DNA of 64,000 nt from assembly GCA_963790025.1 (NCBI GenBank), contig CAWBMP010000002.1, forward strand, positions 512,001 to 576,000, read 5' to 3'. The position numbers were made by a program, and so were the translations under genes. Each line of letters starts with the position of its first letter. The stretch's first letter is position 1. Shown piece by piece: positions 9,055 through 18,179 of the stretch. The DNA is from Nitrospirota bacterium (GTDB lineage Bacteria > Nitrospirota > Thermodesulfovibrionia > Thermodesulfovibrionales > Dissulfurispiraceae). Below the pieces are notes generated by a model. The model made no database searches. It was not told where the DNA came from and saw only the letters and a program-made list of their open reading frames with translations.

Positions 9055-10065
9055 TCATTTGTTTTTTCCATTTTGATAACCCGGCATGTATACGATAATC
9101 TCAGAGCCGGTGAAGTCAAATTTAAAAGGTATGTGCAGATACCCCTTCAACGCTTTTTTTATCCTGTCTTGATACTCGGGTTCTGCATAAAAAAGCATAA
9201 AACCGCCGCCGCCCGCGCCCAGGAGCTTTCCGCCGAGAGCGCCGTTTTTAATAGCGGCTTCATATATGGCATCGACCTCACTGTTACTGATTTTGTCAGA
9301 CAGCCTTCTCTTTAACGACCATGTTTCACTTAAAAGCCTTCCAAAATCAGACAGGTCATCCCTCCCGGAAATGAGTGTCTTATATGCCTCATTGACCAGC
9401 TCTCTCATAGCAGACAATTCTTTTTTGTTTTTGGGAGTATTTTGTATCTGCTCTTTGGCTATCTCCGATGCATATCTCGCTATCCCGGTAAAAAAGAGCA
9501 TGAACTTGCTTTCAAAATTTCTTAAATGTTTTTCTTTCATTATTATGGGCTCGACAATAATCTCTCCGTTTTGCAAAAATTCAATCGTGTTCAGTCCCCC
9601 GCATGCGGCCCACACCTGGTCCTGCGAGCCCACGTTTTCTTTTATGAGGTTTTGTTCTATATGTATCGCCGTTTTATAAAGTTCTTCCTTTGTAATAATT
9701 TTCCCATCAAGTGCATAGAGGGTTTTAAGGAGCCCTACGGTAAATGCCGAGCTTGAACCCATGCCTGAGCGGGCAGGAATATCCCCGTCGTGATGGACCT
9801 CTATCCCATGCCCGATTTCCAAATACTTCAATGTTTCCCTCGCGGACGGGTGCTGGATTTCATCCAGATGCAATACTGTTTCCACTTTTGAATAGGCAAT
9901 CCTGTGTTTATGCTCAAAAAAAGGCGGAAGTTCCCTGCAAGTTATATAGCAGTATTTATCTATTGCGACTCCCAACACCTTACCCCCATTTTCCAGATAC
10001 CATGAAGGGTAATCCGTTCCTCCCCCGAAAAAAGAGATCCTATGGGGTGTCCTTGAAATAATCAT
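9055..10065 (-). CDS. hddA: D-glycero-alpha-D-manno-heptose-7-phosphate kinase (GHMP family)
   Basis: RISFFGGGTD, PARSGMGSSS, GSQDQ, GGKLLGAGGGGF. Confidence 0.85.
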   Translation of the reverse strand: MIISRTPHRISFFGGGTDYPSWYLENGGKVLGVAIDKYCYITCRELPPFFEHKHRIAYSKVETVLHLDEIQHPSARETLKYLEIGHGIEVHHDGDIPARSGMGSSSAFTVGLLKTLYALDGKIITKEELYKTAIHIEQNLIKENVGSQDQVWAACGGLNTIEFLQNGEIIVEPIIMKEKHLRNFESKFMLFFTGIARYASEIAKEQIQNTPKNKKELSAMRELVNEAYKTLISGRDDLSDFGRLLSETWSLKRRLSDKISNSEVDAIYEAAIKNGALGGKLLGAGGGGFMLFYAEPEYQDRIKKALKGYLHIPFKFDFTGSEIIVYMPGYQNGKNK

Positions 10066-10775
10066 TGTAATGCTCCTTTAACAACATGCTTTAATTCCTG
10101 TTGCGCCCTTTTATAATCTTCGGGGACCCCGATATCAATAAAGTAATTGTCACAAATGAAAGCAAAAGAACTTATTTTCATTACATTATTATATAAAAAA
10201 TCGACCTCAAAAGAAAAAGCGCCTTCACTGCACTCAAAAAAATCTGAAATGGCCTTCCCAATCACAATGACCCCGCCGTTTACGTACCCAAAAGGCTTGA
10301 AAGACTTCTCGTCAAATCCTATTACTCTCTTTTCCTTCACTATCACTGTTCCGTATCTGTCGACATAATGCATGGGTTTTACGGCAAACGTTAATAATGA
10401 GTCATGTTCGATATGAAAATCAACCATTTTTCTAAGGTCAACGTCAAAAAAAGTATCGCCATTCAGCACAACAGCGTTGTCCCCTCTAACTTTCTTCAAG
10501 GCTTCTCTTATGGCGCCGCCTGTTCCGAGCGGTGTCTCTTCAACAATGTACTCTATATCGATTTTTTTATAGTTAGCGCCGAAATAATCCCTGATGACCT
10601 CGTATTTATATCCCACAGAAAGCAAAATCCTGCCTATATCCTGCCCTGACAGGTAGTCCATTACATAAGACAGAAAAGGCCTGCCGTTTATATCAGCCAT
10701 GGGTTTGGGAACGTCTCTCACCACGCTCTGAAGCCGCGTGCCGACCCCCCCGGCCAGGATCACCGCTTCCATCAA
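10062..10775 (-). CDS. hddC: Heptose-1-phosphate guanylyltransferase (nucleotidyltransferase)
   Basis: ILAGGVGTRLQSVVRDVPKPMA, PLGTGGAI, NGDTFF, FSFE, FIDIGVPEDY. Confidence 0.82.
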   Translation of the reverse strand: MMEAVILAGGVGTRLQSVVRDVPKPMADINGRPFLSYVMDYLSGQDIGRILLSVGYKYEVIRDYFGANYKKIDIEYIVEETPLGTGGAIREALKKVRGDNAVVLNGDTFFDVDLRKMVDFHIEHDSLLTFAVKPMHYVDRYGTVIVKEKRVIGFDEKSFKPFGYVNGGVIVIGKAISDFFECSEGAFSFEVDFLYNNVMKISSFAFICDNYFIDIGVPEDYKRAQQELKHVVKGALQ

Positions 10776-11887
10776 TCCATTATGCCCGACACAATGCCGC
10801 TTACCATCCTTGCAATGGCGGGAGACGCTGTCAGTCCCGGCGACTCTATGCCTATAAGGTTGATAAGGCCAGGCAATCCCTTATCCGCTTCATCGGTAAT
10901 TACAAAGTCACTTGCCTTTTCGCCAGGACCGGATAATTTGGGACGAATGCCAGCCATATCCGGAATAAATGCATCTTCTTCGAGACCGGGTATGATCTTT
11001 AATGCCCCCTTGTAAAAGGCTTCTTTACTGGCAGCGTCAACCTTGTAATCGATACGATCGACATATTCGGTGTCAGGCCCGAAGCGCAGCCTTCCCCCAA
11101 GATCGAGCGTTGCATGGACCCCCAAACCTATTAATTCTTGGTGAGGCACAGGGTAGACAAGCATCTTAACTGGCGAGGTGTTTGCGTATGAAAAATATGA
11201 GCCCTTGCAAAACCTGAGTTTATATCCGCTCGCTGTTACGTCTATACCCGCGAGTCCGGCAATATAGTCTGCCGAAAGTCCGGCACAATTTATAACCACC
11301 TTAGACCTGAGCTGATAGTTCTCCTGCTTAATACCGACAATAAAGCCGTCTCTCTCATTGTTAATCTGTACCACTTCGCTGTTAAATGCAAAGATAACTC
11401 CCTTGTCTTCAGCCTTATTGAAGAAATGCTTCATCAAAGAATGTGAATCTACAATCCCGGTATTGGGGGAATAAATGGCTGCTATAGCGTTGGTATTGGG
11501 CTCAATCCTTTTAACCTCTTGCGCATCCAGAAGCGTCAAATCTTTCACCCGGTTCTTTGCACCTTTTTCAAGGAATTCCTCGAGGGACTTCAATTCGGTC
11601 CGGTCCGTAGCGACTATTAGTTTGCCCAATCTTTTGTGAGGGATCGAATATTCCTTACATTCCCTGTATAATAGTTCAGCGCCATTTACACATAACCGCG
11701 CCTTTAAAGAGCCTTCCTGATAATATATGCCTGAATGTATAACCTCGCTGTTGCGGCTGCTCGTCTCCTGACCAAAGCGATCGTGTCTCTCAAGGACTGC
11801 GATATTCTCGAATATCTCCGACAATTCCGCGGCAATCGCAAGGCCGACAACACCGGCCCCAATAATGGTTATCTCAACCTGGTCCAT
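10772..11887 (-). CDS. lhgO: FAD-dependent oxidoreductase, L-2-hydroxyglutarate oxidase/dehydrogenase family
   Basis: IIGAGVVGLA, ETSSRNSEVIHSGIYY..GSLKARLC, GKLIVAT, LGVHATLDL, AGIRPK, GIESPGLTAS. Confidence 0.8.
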   Translation of the reverse strand: MDQVEITIIGAGVVGLAIAAELSEIFENIAVLERHDRFGQETSSRNSEVIHSGIYYQEGSLKARLCVNGAELLYRECKEYSIPHKRLGKLIVATDRTELKSLEEFLEKGAKNRVKDLTLLDAQEVKRIEPNTNAIAAIYSPNTGIVDSHSLMKHFFNKAEDKGVIFAFNSEVVQINNERDGFIVGIKQENYQLRSKVVINCAGLSADYIAGLAGIDVTASGYKLRFCKGSYFSYANTSPVKMLVYPVPHQELIGLGVHATLDLGGRLRFGPDTEYVDRIDYKVDAASKEAFYKGALKIIPGLEEDAFIPDMAGIRPKLSGPGEKASDFVITDEADKGLPGLINLIGIESPGLTASPAIARMVSGIVSGIMD

Positions 11888-11969
11888 TGTTTCAAGTCCC
11901 TATCGAAGTGTTAATCATTTATTTTTATCGGTCCACCGGCAACCCAAACAGACGTCCCTGACGAATTCC

Positions 11970-12575
11970 CTAATCGGATACGGCAGCGGGAACGGCGGCA
12001 GGATTTCTTGAAATGGCCTTTGTTATGCTGTACCCGTTCGATTCCGGCGAACCATACAGCTTGATTGCCATCCCATAGCCGACCGCCTCGACGTCACCTT
12101 TAATATCCCTTGTCCATCCTTCTGAATTATAAAAAGTAATTGCTGCCGTATGGCCCAGTAAGTCATATTTCTTTATTGCATTACGGATGTATGCTTGATA
12201 GGGAGCAAAAATGAGAACAAAACCGTGCACGCCCCATATCCTTTTGGCAAGATAAAACCCAGTCACCAGCAGCGATATCATTGAAACGGCATAAACCAGC
12301 CTGAAAACCATGACGGGGTCACTAGCGACCATTTCCATGAAAGCGCACATAAATGAAGCGAGCATAGGCCGCCAGATCGCCGGGGAATCGAGTGGTGCGG
12401 CTATATACCCATTACCAAGCAGGAGGTTTTTTCCAATCATTATTTCAAAGACATTCCACTGGATTGTTGGAAGCAATCCGCCAACATGAAAGAAGAAGGC
12501 TGCACCAACAATTGCCCATAGAACCGGATATTCGGCAGCAATTGCTGTCAACATGAATTTGATTCTGGAAATCAT
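11970..12575 (-). CDS. Short membrane protein, possibly an internally deleted remnant of a GT-C (ArnT/PMT-like) transferase
   Basis: Likely start ATG at 12575 (ATGA overlap with the upstream stop); three hydrophobic segments, NLLLGNGY...IWRPMLA loop, then an abrupt soluble tail. Confidence 0.45.
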   Translation of the reverse strand: MISRIKFMLTAIAAEYPVLWAIVGAAFFFHVGGLLPTIQWNVFEIMIGKNLLLGNGYIAAPLDSPAIWRPMLASFMCAFMEMVASDPVMVFRLVYAVSMISLLVTGFYLAKRIWGVHGFVLIFAPYQAYIRNAIKKYDLLGHTAAITFYNSEGWTRDIKGDVEAVGYGMAIKLYGSPESNGYSITKAISRNPAAVPAAVSD

Positions 12576-13528
12576 ATATCCTGAGGGATGCCGCCCAATC
12601 TCATGTGGGAATGCAGAAAATAGGGCAATCCTGCGGCAACCGTAAAGAAAAAAGCCCCTGCCTGATATGCAAAAGACAGGGCCAGGGCCCCCTCCTTGGG
12701 CACGCCGAACTGAGACAGCGCCATCCAGAACGCCAGCTGCATAACGCCAAGACCGCCGGGAGTGGATGGAATAAGGAGACCGAGGTTTATAAACAGGAAC
12801 AGTACGGCAGCGGATTCGAATTTCAACCGGACGCCCTGAGAGATAAGCGCAAGGACCCCCCAATAATTGAACATCCAAACAATGAAGCTGAGCACGAGGA
12901 GATGCAGTATTTTGCCTGACTGATTTAACCGTGCCAGTGGAGAGAAAAAATTGTTCATAATGTGCAGGACCCTCTCAGGAATAAACAACATCCGGCCTCT
13001 GAGCGTCCTTAGCCGGTCCACGTTGAGCAGGAAAAACAGCATTATAAAGACCAATAACCCCCATACGGCAATCACTATTCTTGCACCTTTAAACGACAGC
13101 CCGTGGATGCCGTAAAACAAACATGCCATGAGCAGCAGCCCCAGCGATAATACGTCGAAAATGCGCTCGATGAAAACTGTGGAAAGAATATATGTCCTGG
13201 AGGCCCCGGTATGAGAGGCAAGATAGTATGCACGGTACAATTCCCCAGCGCGGAGAGGCAGAATATTGTTGACCATATATCCGACCATTATTCCCCCGAA
13301 AAGTGTTGACAATCTTATGTCGCCCACAGGCGACGTAGTGATGCGCCACATATAAGCCCGCACAACACAACTCGCCCCGAAACAGGCTATGCAAAGCAGC
13401 AGTGCAAAATAATTAATGCCCCTGAATGCGTAAATGAATTCCCTGAAGTTTATTCTATAAAATGCTCCGGCCAGAAATGCAATGCTGATTATCGTCCCAA
13501 GGGCAATTTTTGTGGTTCGTTTAGTCAT
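12572..13528 (-). CDS. Lysylphosphatidylglycerol synthase TM-domain / UPF0104 flippase-like membrane protein
   Basis: NNILPLRAGELYR, ERIFDV, IPSTPGGLGV motifs; about 8 TM segments. Confidence 0.85.
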   Translation of the reverse strand: MTKRTTKIALGTIISIAFLAGAFYRINFREFIYAFRGINYFALLLCIACFGASCVVRAYMWRITTSPVGDIRLSTLFGGIMVGYMVNNILPLRAGELYRAYYLASHTGASRTYILSTVFIERIFDVLSLGLLLMACLFYGIHGLSFKGARIVIAVWGLLVFIMLFFLLNVDRLRTLRGRMLFIPERVLHIMNNFFSPLARLNQSGKILHLLVLSFIVWMFNYWGVLALISQGVRLKFESAAVLFLFINLGLLIPSTPGGLGVMQLAFWMALSQFGVPKEGALALSFAYQAGAFFFTVAAGLPYFLHSHMRLGGIPQDI

Positions 13529-13532
13529 CTCG

Positions 13533-13599
13533 ATAATACAGTGTCAGTGATAGTGTCCGTTTAAGGATTCCTGCATGTACACTGCACTGACACTGTTAT
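13533..13599. other. Intergenic inverted repeat built from CAGTGT-like hexamers (possible RNA hairpin)
   Basis: ACAGTGTCAGTG (13538-13549) is the exact reverse complement of CACTGACACTGT (13585-13596); the stem extends imperfectly with AGTGT/ACACT. Confidence 0.6.
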
Positions 13600-14306
13600 A
13601 TTTCATATCCGGCTGACTGGGCGTCTTTATAAAACATCTTCACCGTATCCAGTGAAAGTTCATCAAGTTCCTTGTCCACCAATGAAAGTTTTTTGAGGAT
13701 ATCATTGGTGACAGTAATAATATGGCAGCCGCATGCTTCAGCGTGGAATATATTGAGAAGCTCCCTGGAGCTTGCCCATAAGAGTTCGGCTTTGAAATTG
13801 GGTTTAAGTATTTCTGCTGATTTCTTCATAATGGGCATAGGATCGCGACCCGTATCAGCAATCCTGCCTGCGAACACGGACACTATGCTGTTCACCTTCG
13901 TCGACAGAACTTCAGACAAAGCCTCGACCTGACCGAGCGTCAGAATCGCGGTTATATTCAATGACAGGCCATCAGCAGAAAGCTTCTTGATGAGCGGTAT
14001 AGAAGACTCACCCTTCGTATTAGTTATAGGAATCTTAATGTTTACGTTTTTCCCCCAGCTGGCTATTTCGCGCGCTTCCCGTTCCATTTTGTCGAACTCA
14101 TCGGAAAACACCTCGAAAGATATGGGATGGTCCTTTATTTCAGCCAGTACTGCCTTTGCAAATGCCTTGTAATCGGTCACCCCTGCCTTTTTCATGAGCG
14201 TAGGATTAGTCGTAAAACCTTTCACTACCCCCCGTTTGTGCGCCTCTTTCATTTCCGCTATGTCGGCTCCGTCCGCAAAAAGCTTGATTTTCAGCATGCT
14301 CTTCAT
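13596..14306 (-). CDS. tal: Transaldolase (short TalC/Fsa-like form)
   Basis: FADGAD, GFTTNPTLMKK, ISFEV, Schiff-base lysine IKIP, NITAI, SVFAGRIADTG, WASSRE. Confidence 0.9.
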   Translation of the reverse strand: MKSMLKIKLFADGADIAEMKEAHKRGVVKGFTTNPTLMKKAGVTDYKAFAKAVLAEIKDHPISFEVFSDEFDKMEREAREIASWGKNVNIKIPITNTKGESSIPLIKKLSADGLSLNITAILTLGQVEALSEVLSTKVNSIVSVFAGRIADTGRDPMPIMKKSAEILKPNFKAELLWASSRELLNIFHAEACGCHIITVTNDILKKLSLVDKELDELSLDTVKMFYKDAQSAGYEI

Positions 14307-14899
14307 TTCTCCTCCATGTTTACCGATAAGGTATTATTTATAATATCAACAGCTTCTTTGAGGTCTCCTGCCCTGAACTCCGGTGAACTCTTACCTCTTT
14401 TATTCTTAGAGTGACCCTCGTCGATCAGTATAGTCTTCAAACCGAAAGACTGTCCGCATAAGGTGTCCGAATCCTGATCTCCTATAAACCAGGAATCCGT
14501 AATAGAAAAATCGAAATCCCTTTTAGCCTCTTCCAAAAAAAGCGTGCCCGGTTTGCGGCAGCGGCAAACGCCCGTCAATTCCGAAACAAGACCGTTCGGG
14601 TGATGGTAACAGTAATAATATCGCGCAAAACCAATCCCGTGTTCCAAAAAAATCCTATGGAGTGACTCATGAATGGCTTTGATGTTTTCCATGGATGTTT
14701 TCCCTTTCGCAAAGCTCGGCTGATTGGAAACAAGAAAAAGCAGGTACTCCATTTCCATCAGGGCACGTAATGACGACACTGTCCATGGAAAAAGCTCAAG
14801 GTCAGCTACATTATGGGGAGATTCGTATTCCCCTGTATTCGGATTGAATACCAGCCGGTTTATTACCCCGTCCCTGTCCAGAAATACAGCCTTTGGCAT
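14303..14899 (-). CDS. gmhB: HAD-IIIA sugar-bisphosphate phosphatase (GmhB/LmbK-like)
   Basis: FLDRDGVIN, VSNQ, CYHHP...C.CRKP, FIGDQDSD. Confidence 0.85.
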   Translation of the reverse strand: MPKAVFLDRDGVINRLVFNPNTGEYESPHNVADLELFPWTVSSLRALMEMEYLLFLVSNQPSFAKGKTSMENIKAIHESLHRIFLEHGIGFARYYYCYHHPNGLVSELTGVCRCRKPGTLFLEEAKRDFDFSITDSWFIGDQDSDTLCGQSFGLKTILIDEGHSKNKRGKSSPEFRAGDLKEAVDIINNTLSVNMEEK

Positions 14900-16219
14900 C
14901 TATTTAACGGATTCCCATTTCATTTCGTATGCCTTGAGTGCGGGATGGGAGACAACCAAATGCCAGATGACTCCCTGAAAGGCTTCGGTATGGGGAGTCA
15001 CGGTTTCGTTGTTCACTGTCGGCACAAGCACGCAGGCATCAGCCACTTTCGCTGTATATCCGCCGTCTCTTCCCACCACACCGATAATACTGGCGCCCGT
15101 TTCTCTTGCATATTTCAAGGCATGGACAAGATTTGCGCTGATATTTTTTTCAGCATTGCCGCCGCCAACTGAGAAGACGAAGATGCAGTCATTGGCAGTT
15201 AGCCGGCTGCCTTTCAGCCAGTTGACAAACACGGTTTCCCATCCATCGTCATTAACGCGGGCTGTCAGTTCCGATACATTATCAGTGGGGGCATAGGACT
15301 CGATACCTGCAATCTTCCTGAAGTCGTTTACGGCATGGGCCGCATTACCAGCTCCTCCGCCGACTCCCAGAATGAAGAGTCTTCCCTTCTTCTCTCTCGT
15401 ATCGAGTAAAACCTTGACGGCTTTCTCTACCGCGTCCCTGTTTATGGAATTTGCAATGGTGACGACTTCAGACAAGTACATGTCTATGTAATCCCTGTAC
15501 CCCACTTTATTCCTCCCTTTTTTCCCATTTTCAAAAAAAATTCGCGTCTCTTCAAGCCCTTCATGAGAACCTATCTCGTAAAAGCGTTCCCTCACTTCGT
15601 AGCCCGCCATCTCTCCCCTGGATATCAAGTCCTTATATAGTTCCGCAAGATCAAAGGCCTCTCCTTCTCTTCTTTCTTCGAATACTTCTCTCTTCAGCAA
15701 AGAAAGACCATAGTCAATATACTCCATGTCAGGAGTTATGTCCTTCTTGTCGTATTTGACAATATTGTCGTTGTGATACACAATGTTGCTTCTGTCCCAC
15801 CGGTCCCTGTTATGCAGAACTGTCATAAGGGCAGGTTTTCCGCTCACCTCGAATTTCCGTTGTATGTCAGAATAGTCGCAATCCAGATATGAATCGCCGT
15901 ACAATACGAAAAAAGCGCTTCCCAGCATGGGCAGGGCTTTTTTCAGCGAACCGCCAGTACCCAGAAGAACGGGACCGTCATATGAATATTCGATTTGCAA
16001 TCCCATTTTGTCGCCGTTGCCGAGAGCGTCACGGACCATCTCACCCAAATAGCCTACGCATAGGACCACCTCCCGTATAGAGTTTCTTTTCAGAAGCTCA
16101 AGCTGATGCACTATGAAAGGCCGTCCGCCTATTTCCACCAGGGCCTTGGGTATTTTTTCCGTAACCGGCCTGAGTCTCGTTGCCAGGCCGCCTGCCAGAA
16201 TTGCAACAGGGAGCATCAC
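14900..16219 (-). CDS. Fusion of a sugar-1-phosphate nucleotidyltransferase and a SIS-domain (GmhA-like) phosphosugar isomerase
   Basis: N-terminal ILAGGLATRL..PKAL, LGTGG, YGDSYL, FYEIGS; C-terminal GVGGGAGNAAHAVND, TARVNDDG, PHTEAFQ. Confidence 0.85.
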   Translation of the reverse strand: MMLPVAILAGGLATRLRPVTEKIPKALVEIGGRPFIVHQLELLKRNSIREVVLCVGYLGEMVRDALGNGDKMGLQIEYSYDGPVLLGTGGSLKKALPMLGSAFFVLYGDSYLDCDYSDIQRKFEVSGKPALMTVLHNRDRWDRSNIVYHNDNIVKYDKKDITPDMEYIDYGLSLLKREVFEERREGEAFDLAELYKDLISRGEMAGYEVRERFYEIGSHEGLEETRIFFENGKKGRNKVGYRDYIDMYLSEVVTIANSINRDAVEKAVKVLLDTREKKGRLFILGVGGGAGNAAHAVNDFRKIAGIESYAPTDNVSELTARVNDDGWETVFVNWLKGSRLTANDCIFVFSVGGGNAEKNISANLVHALKYARETGASIIGVVGRDGGYTAKVADACVLVPTVNNETVTPHTEAFQGVIWHLVVSHPALKAYEMKWESVK

Positions 16220-17199
16220 GACTGCGTGACCACCTTGGTCCCCTCAAAATCGAAACGGAAGCGTACTTCGTACATTCCGGCCCCGGCCATGGCATGGCGC
16301 AACCGCCTCTTGTCTTCAGTGTAAAACATTAGGAACCCACCGCCTCCCGCGCCTATGAGTTTTCCTCCAAGAGCGCCGTTTTTCAGCGCCAGATTATACA
16401 GGTCGTCGATATGGGAGTTGCTCATATTGCCGGAGCGTTTCTTTTTATATTCCCAGTGCTCGTTCATTATACGGGCAAATTCGCCAAGATCGCCGGACTC
16501 AAAGGCATCTTTGCTCCTGTACCCCATTTCCTTCACAAAATGCAGATTTGCAATCATTGAGTTGTCTTTCTTCTTACTCTTGTCATCCTGTTCCTTAAGT
16601 ATGGATGATGCGCTCCGGGAATATCCTGTGAAAAAAAGCAGCAGGTTGTCTTCAAGATTGTATAACGTCTCGCTGGATATTTTAAGCGGCCACGCTTCAA
16701 CCTGCCCATCGGTCAGGAATTTAAAACAGGTAATCCCTCCGTAAGCAGCTATATACTGGTCCTGTTTTCCTATGGGCTCCCCCAGTTTTTCTATCTCGAT
16801 ATGACATGCCTGCTCGGCCAACTCCCGGGGATGAACAAGGTTCTTTTTTAAAGTATGCAACGCCTTGAGAAGCGCTGTTGTAAAACTCCCTGATGAACCC
16901 AGGCCTGTACCTGCCGGGATATCAGCCATGCTGGTTATTTCAAGATACGGAGCAGCAATGTCCAATGCCTTCAGGGATTCCCTGATAATAGGGTGCTGGA
17001 CATCATCAATATTAGTAACTTTTTCCATTCTTGAATATTTGATAATTAATTCCTGAAGAAAGGTATGATGCAACGTGATATATACATATTTATCAATAGC
17101 TGCCGCAATGAGAAATCCCGTATGTTCCCGGTAGTAGGAAGGCAAATCGGTGCCACCGCCGCCAAGGGAAATTCTTAAAGGGCTCCTCGTGATAATCAT
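16216..17199 (-). CDS. GHMP sugar-phosphate kinase (HddA/LmbP-like), second copy
   Basis: PLRISLGGGGTDLP, PAGTGLGSSG, GKQDQY, GGKLIGAGGGGF. Confidence 0.87.
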   Translation of the reverse strand: MIITRSPLRISLGGGGTDLPSYYREHTGFLIAAAIDKYVYITLHHTFLQELIIKYSRMEKVTNIDDVQHPIIRESLKALDIAAPYLEITSMADIPAGTGLGSSGSFTTALLKALHTLKKNLVHPRELAEQACHIEIEKLGEPIGKQDQYIAAYGGITCFKFLTDGQVEAWPLKISSETLYNLEDNLLLFFTGYSRSASSILKEQDDKSKKKDNSMIANLHFVKEMGYRSKDAFESGDLGEFARIMNEHWEYKKKRSGNMSNSHIDDLYNLALKNGALGGKLIGAGGGGFLMFYTEDKRRLRHAMAGAGMYEVRFRFDFEGTKVVTQS

Positions 17200-18173
17200 C
17201 TGTATCTTCCCCCATAGAGCTTATGAACAACTTCGAGGGCCGCCTTTGCATCCTCGAGATTTCCAGCAGGCTCAATATCCGTACCGATAGCCTGCACAAA
17301 ATAATCGAATTCAGTCTTCCATGAGTTGTCGGGAAAGGGATATTCCCATATAGTTGTTTCCGGGGGGCCCATCTGGGGAAGCATTCTATAGTAGGTCAAA
17401 CGTTCAACTCCATAACTGCCTCCAAGTCCGTCAATCTGGAGCTTTCCGTTCCTGCCGTATATTTCGAGGCAAAACATGTTTTTCCACTCGGAGCAACTGG
17501 CATGCAACCACGCCATCTGGTCCTTTTTCGTACGCATGGCTATAAAACCGTTATCTTCAACAGGCATGTTCCAGAAATACGTACCGACAAACCCCTCAAC
17601 TACATCGAAATCCCCCATAATCCAGCGGGACAAGTCAATTAAATGGACACCCTGATCCAGGAGTTCCCCACCACCGGCTACATGAGGATCTGCCCTCCAT
17701 TCCCGATCATAGCCGATGCGTCCGCCCTGCCCGTATCTTCCCCGGATAAACATCAATTCACCGAGAACGCCCGAATCGATAATCTTTTTTGCTTTCATCA
17801 TGGCCGGATGGAATCTCAGGTTGAACCCGACTTTTACCTTTCGTCCAAGTGAACGTGCCTTTTCGATGAGAGGCCCTATTTCCTGTGGGGAACGGGCCGC
17901 GGGTTTTTCCACTAAGACGTGCTTGCCATGCTCCACAGCAAACAGGCTGACAGGTGTAAGCCAGTCATTAGTTGTGGCAACAATTACAAGTTCGACTTCA
18001 GGATGGCCGACTGCCGTTCTCCAGTCGGTCGTCGCAACCGCGTTATCTCCGAAGCCGCTGACACACTGCGCCCTTTGGATATTATTGTCTGCAGTTATTA
18101 TCAACTGGTGCCTACCGAGGGCCCTCGCCCTTTTCTCCCCTATCAACCCGCAGCCCACAATCGCAATTTTCAT
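17196..18173 (-). CDS. Gfo/Idh/MocA family oxidoreductase (LmbZ-like by context)
   Basis: IVGCGLIG, VLVEKP, GFNLRFHP, GGGELLDQGVHLID. Confidence 0.88.
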   Translation of the reverse strand: MKIAIVGCGLIGEKRARALGRHQLIITADNNIQRAQCVSGFGDNAVATTDWRTAVGHPEVELVIVATTNDWLTPVSLFAVEHGKHVLVEKPAARSPQEIGPLIEKARSLGRKVKVGFNLRFHPAMMKAKKIIDSGVLGELMFIRGRYGQGGRIGYDREWRADPHVAGGGELLDQGVHLIDLSRWIMGDFDVVEGFVGTYFWNMPVEDNGFIAMRTKKDQMAWLHASCSEWKNMFCLEIYGRNGKLQIDGLGGSYGVERLTYYRMLPQMGPPETTIWEYPFPDNSWKTEFDYFVQAIGTDIEPAGNLEDAKAALEVVHKLYGGRYR

Positions 18174-18179
18174 ATAAGC

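Noticed and set aside
12576..12878. N-terminal extension of ORF 11970..12878
   Set aside because: Overlaps the flippase-like gene in another frame; the ATGA-coupled start at 12575 is more plausible.
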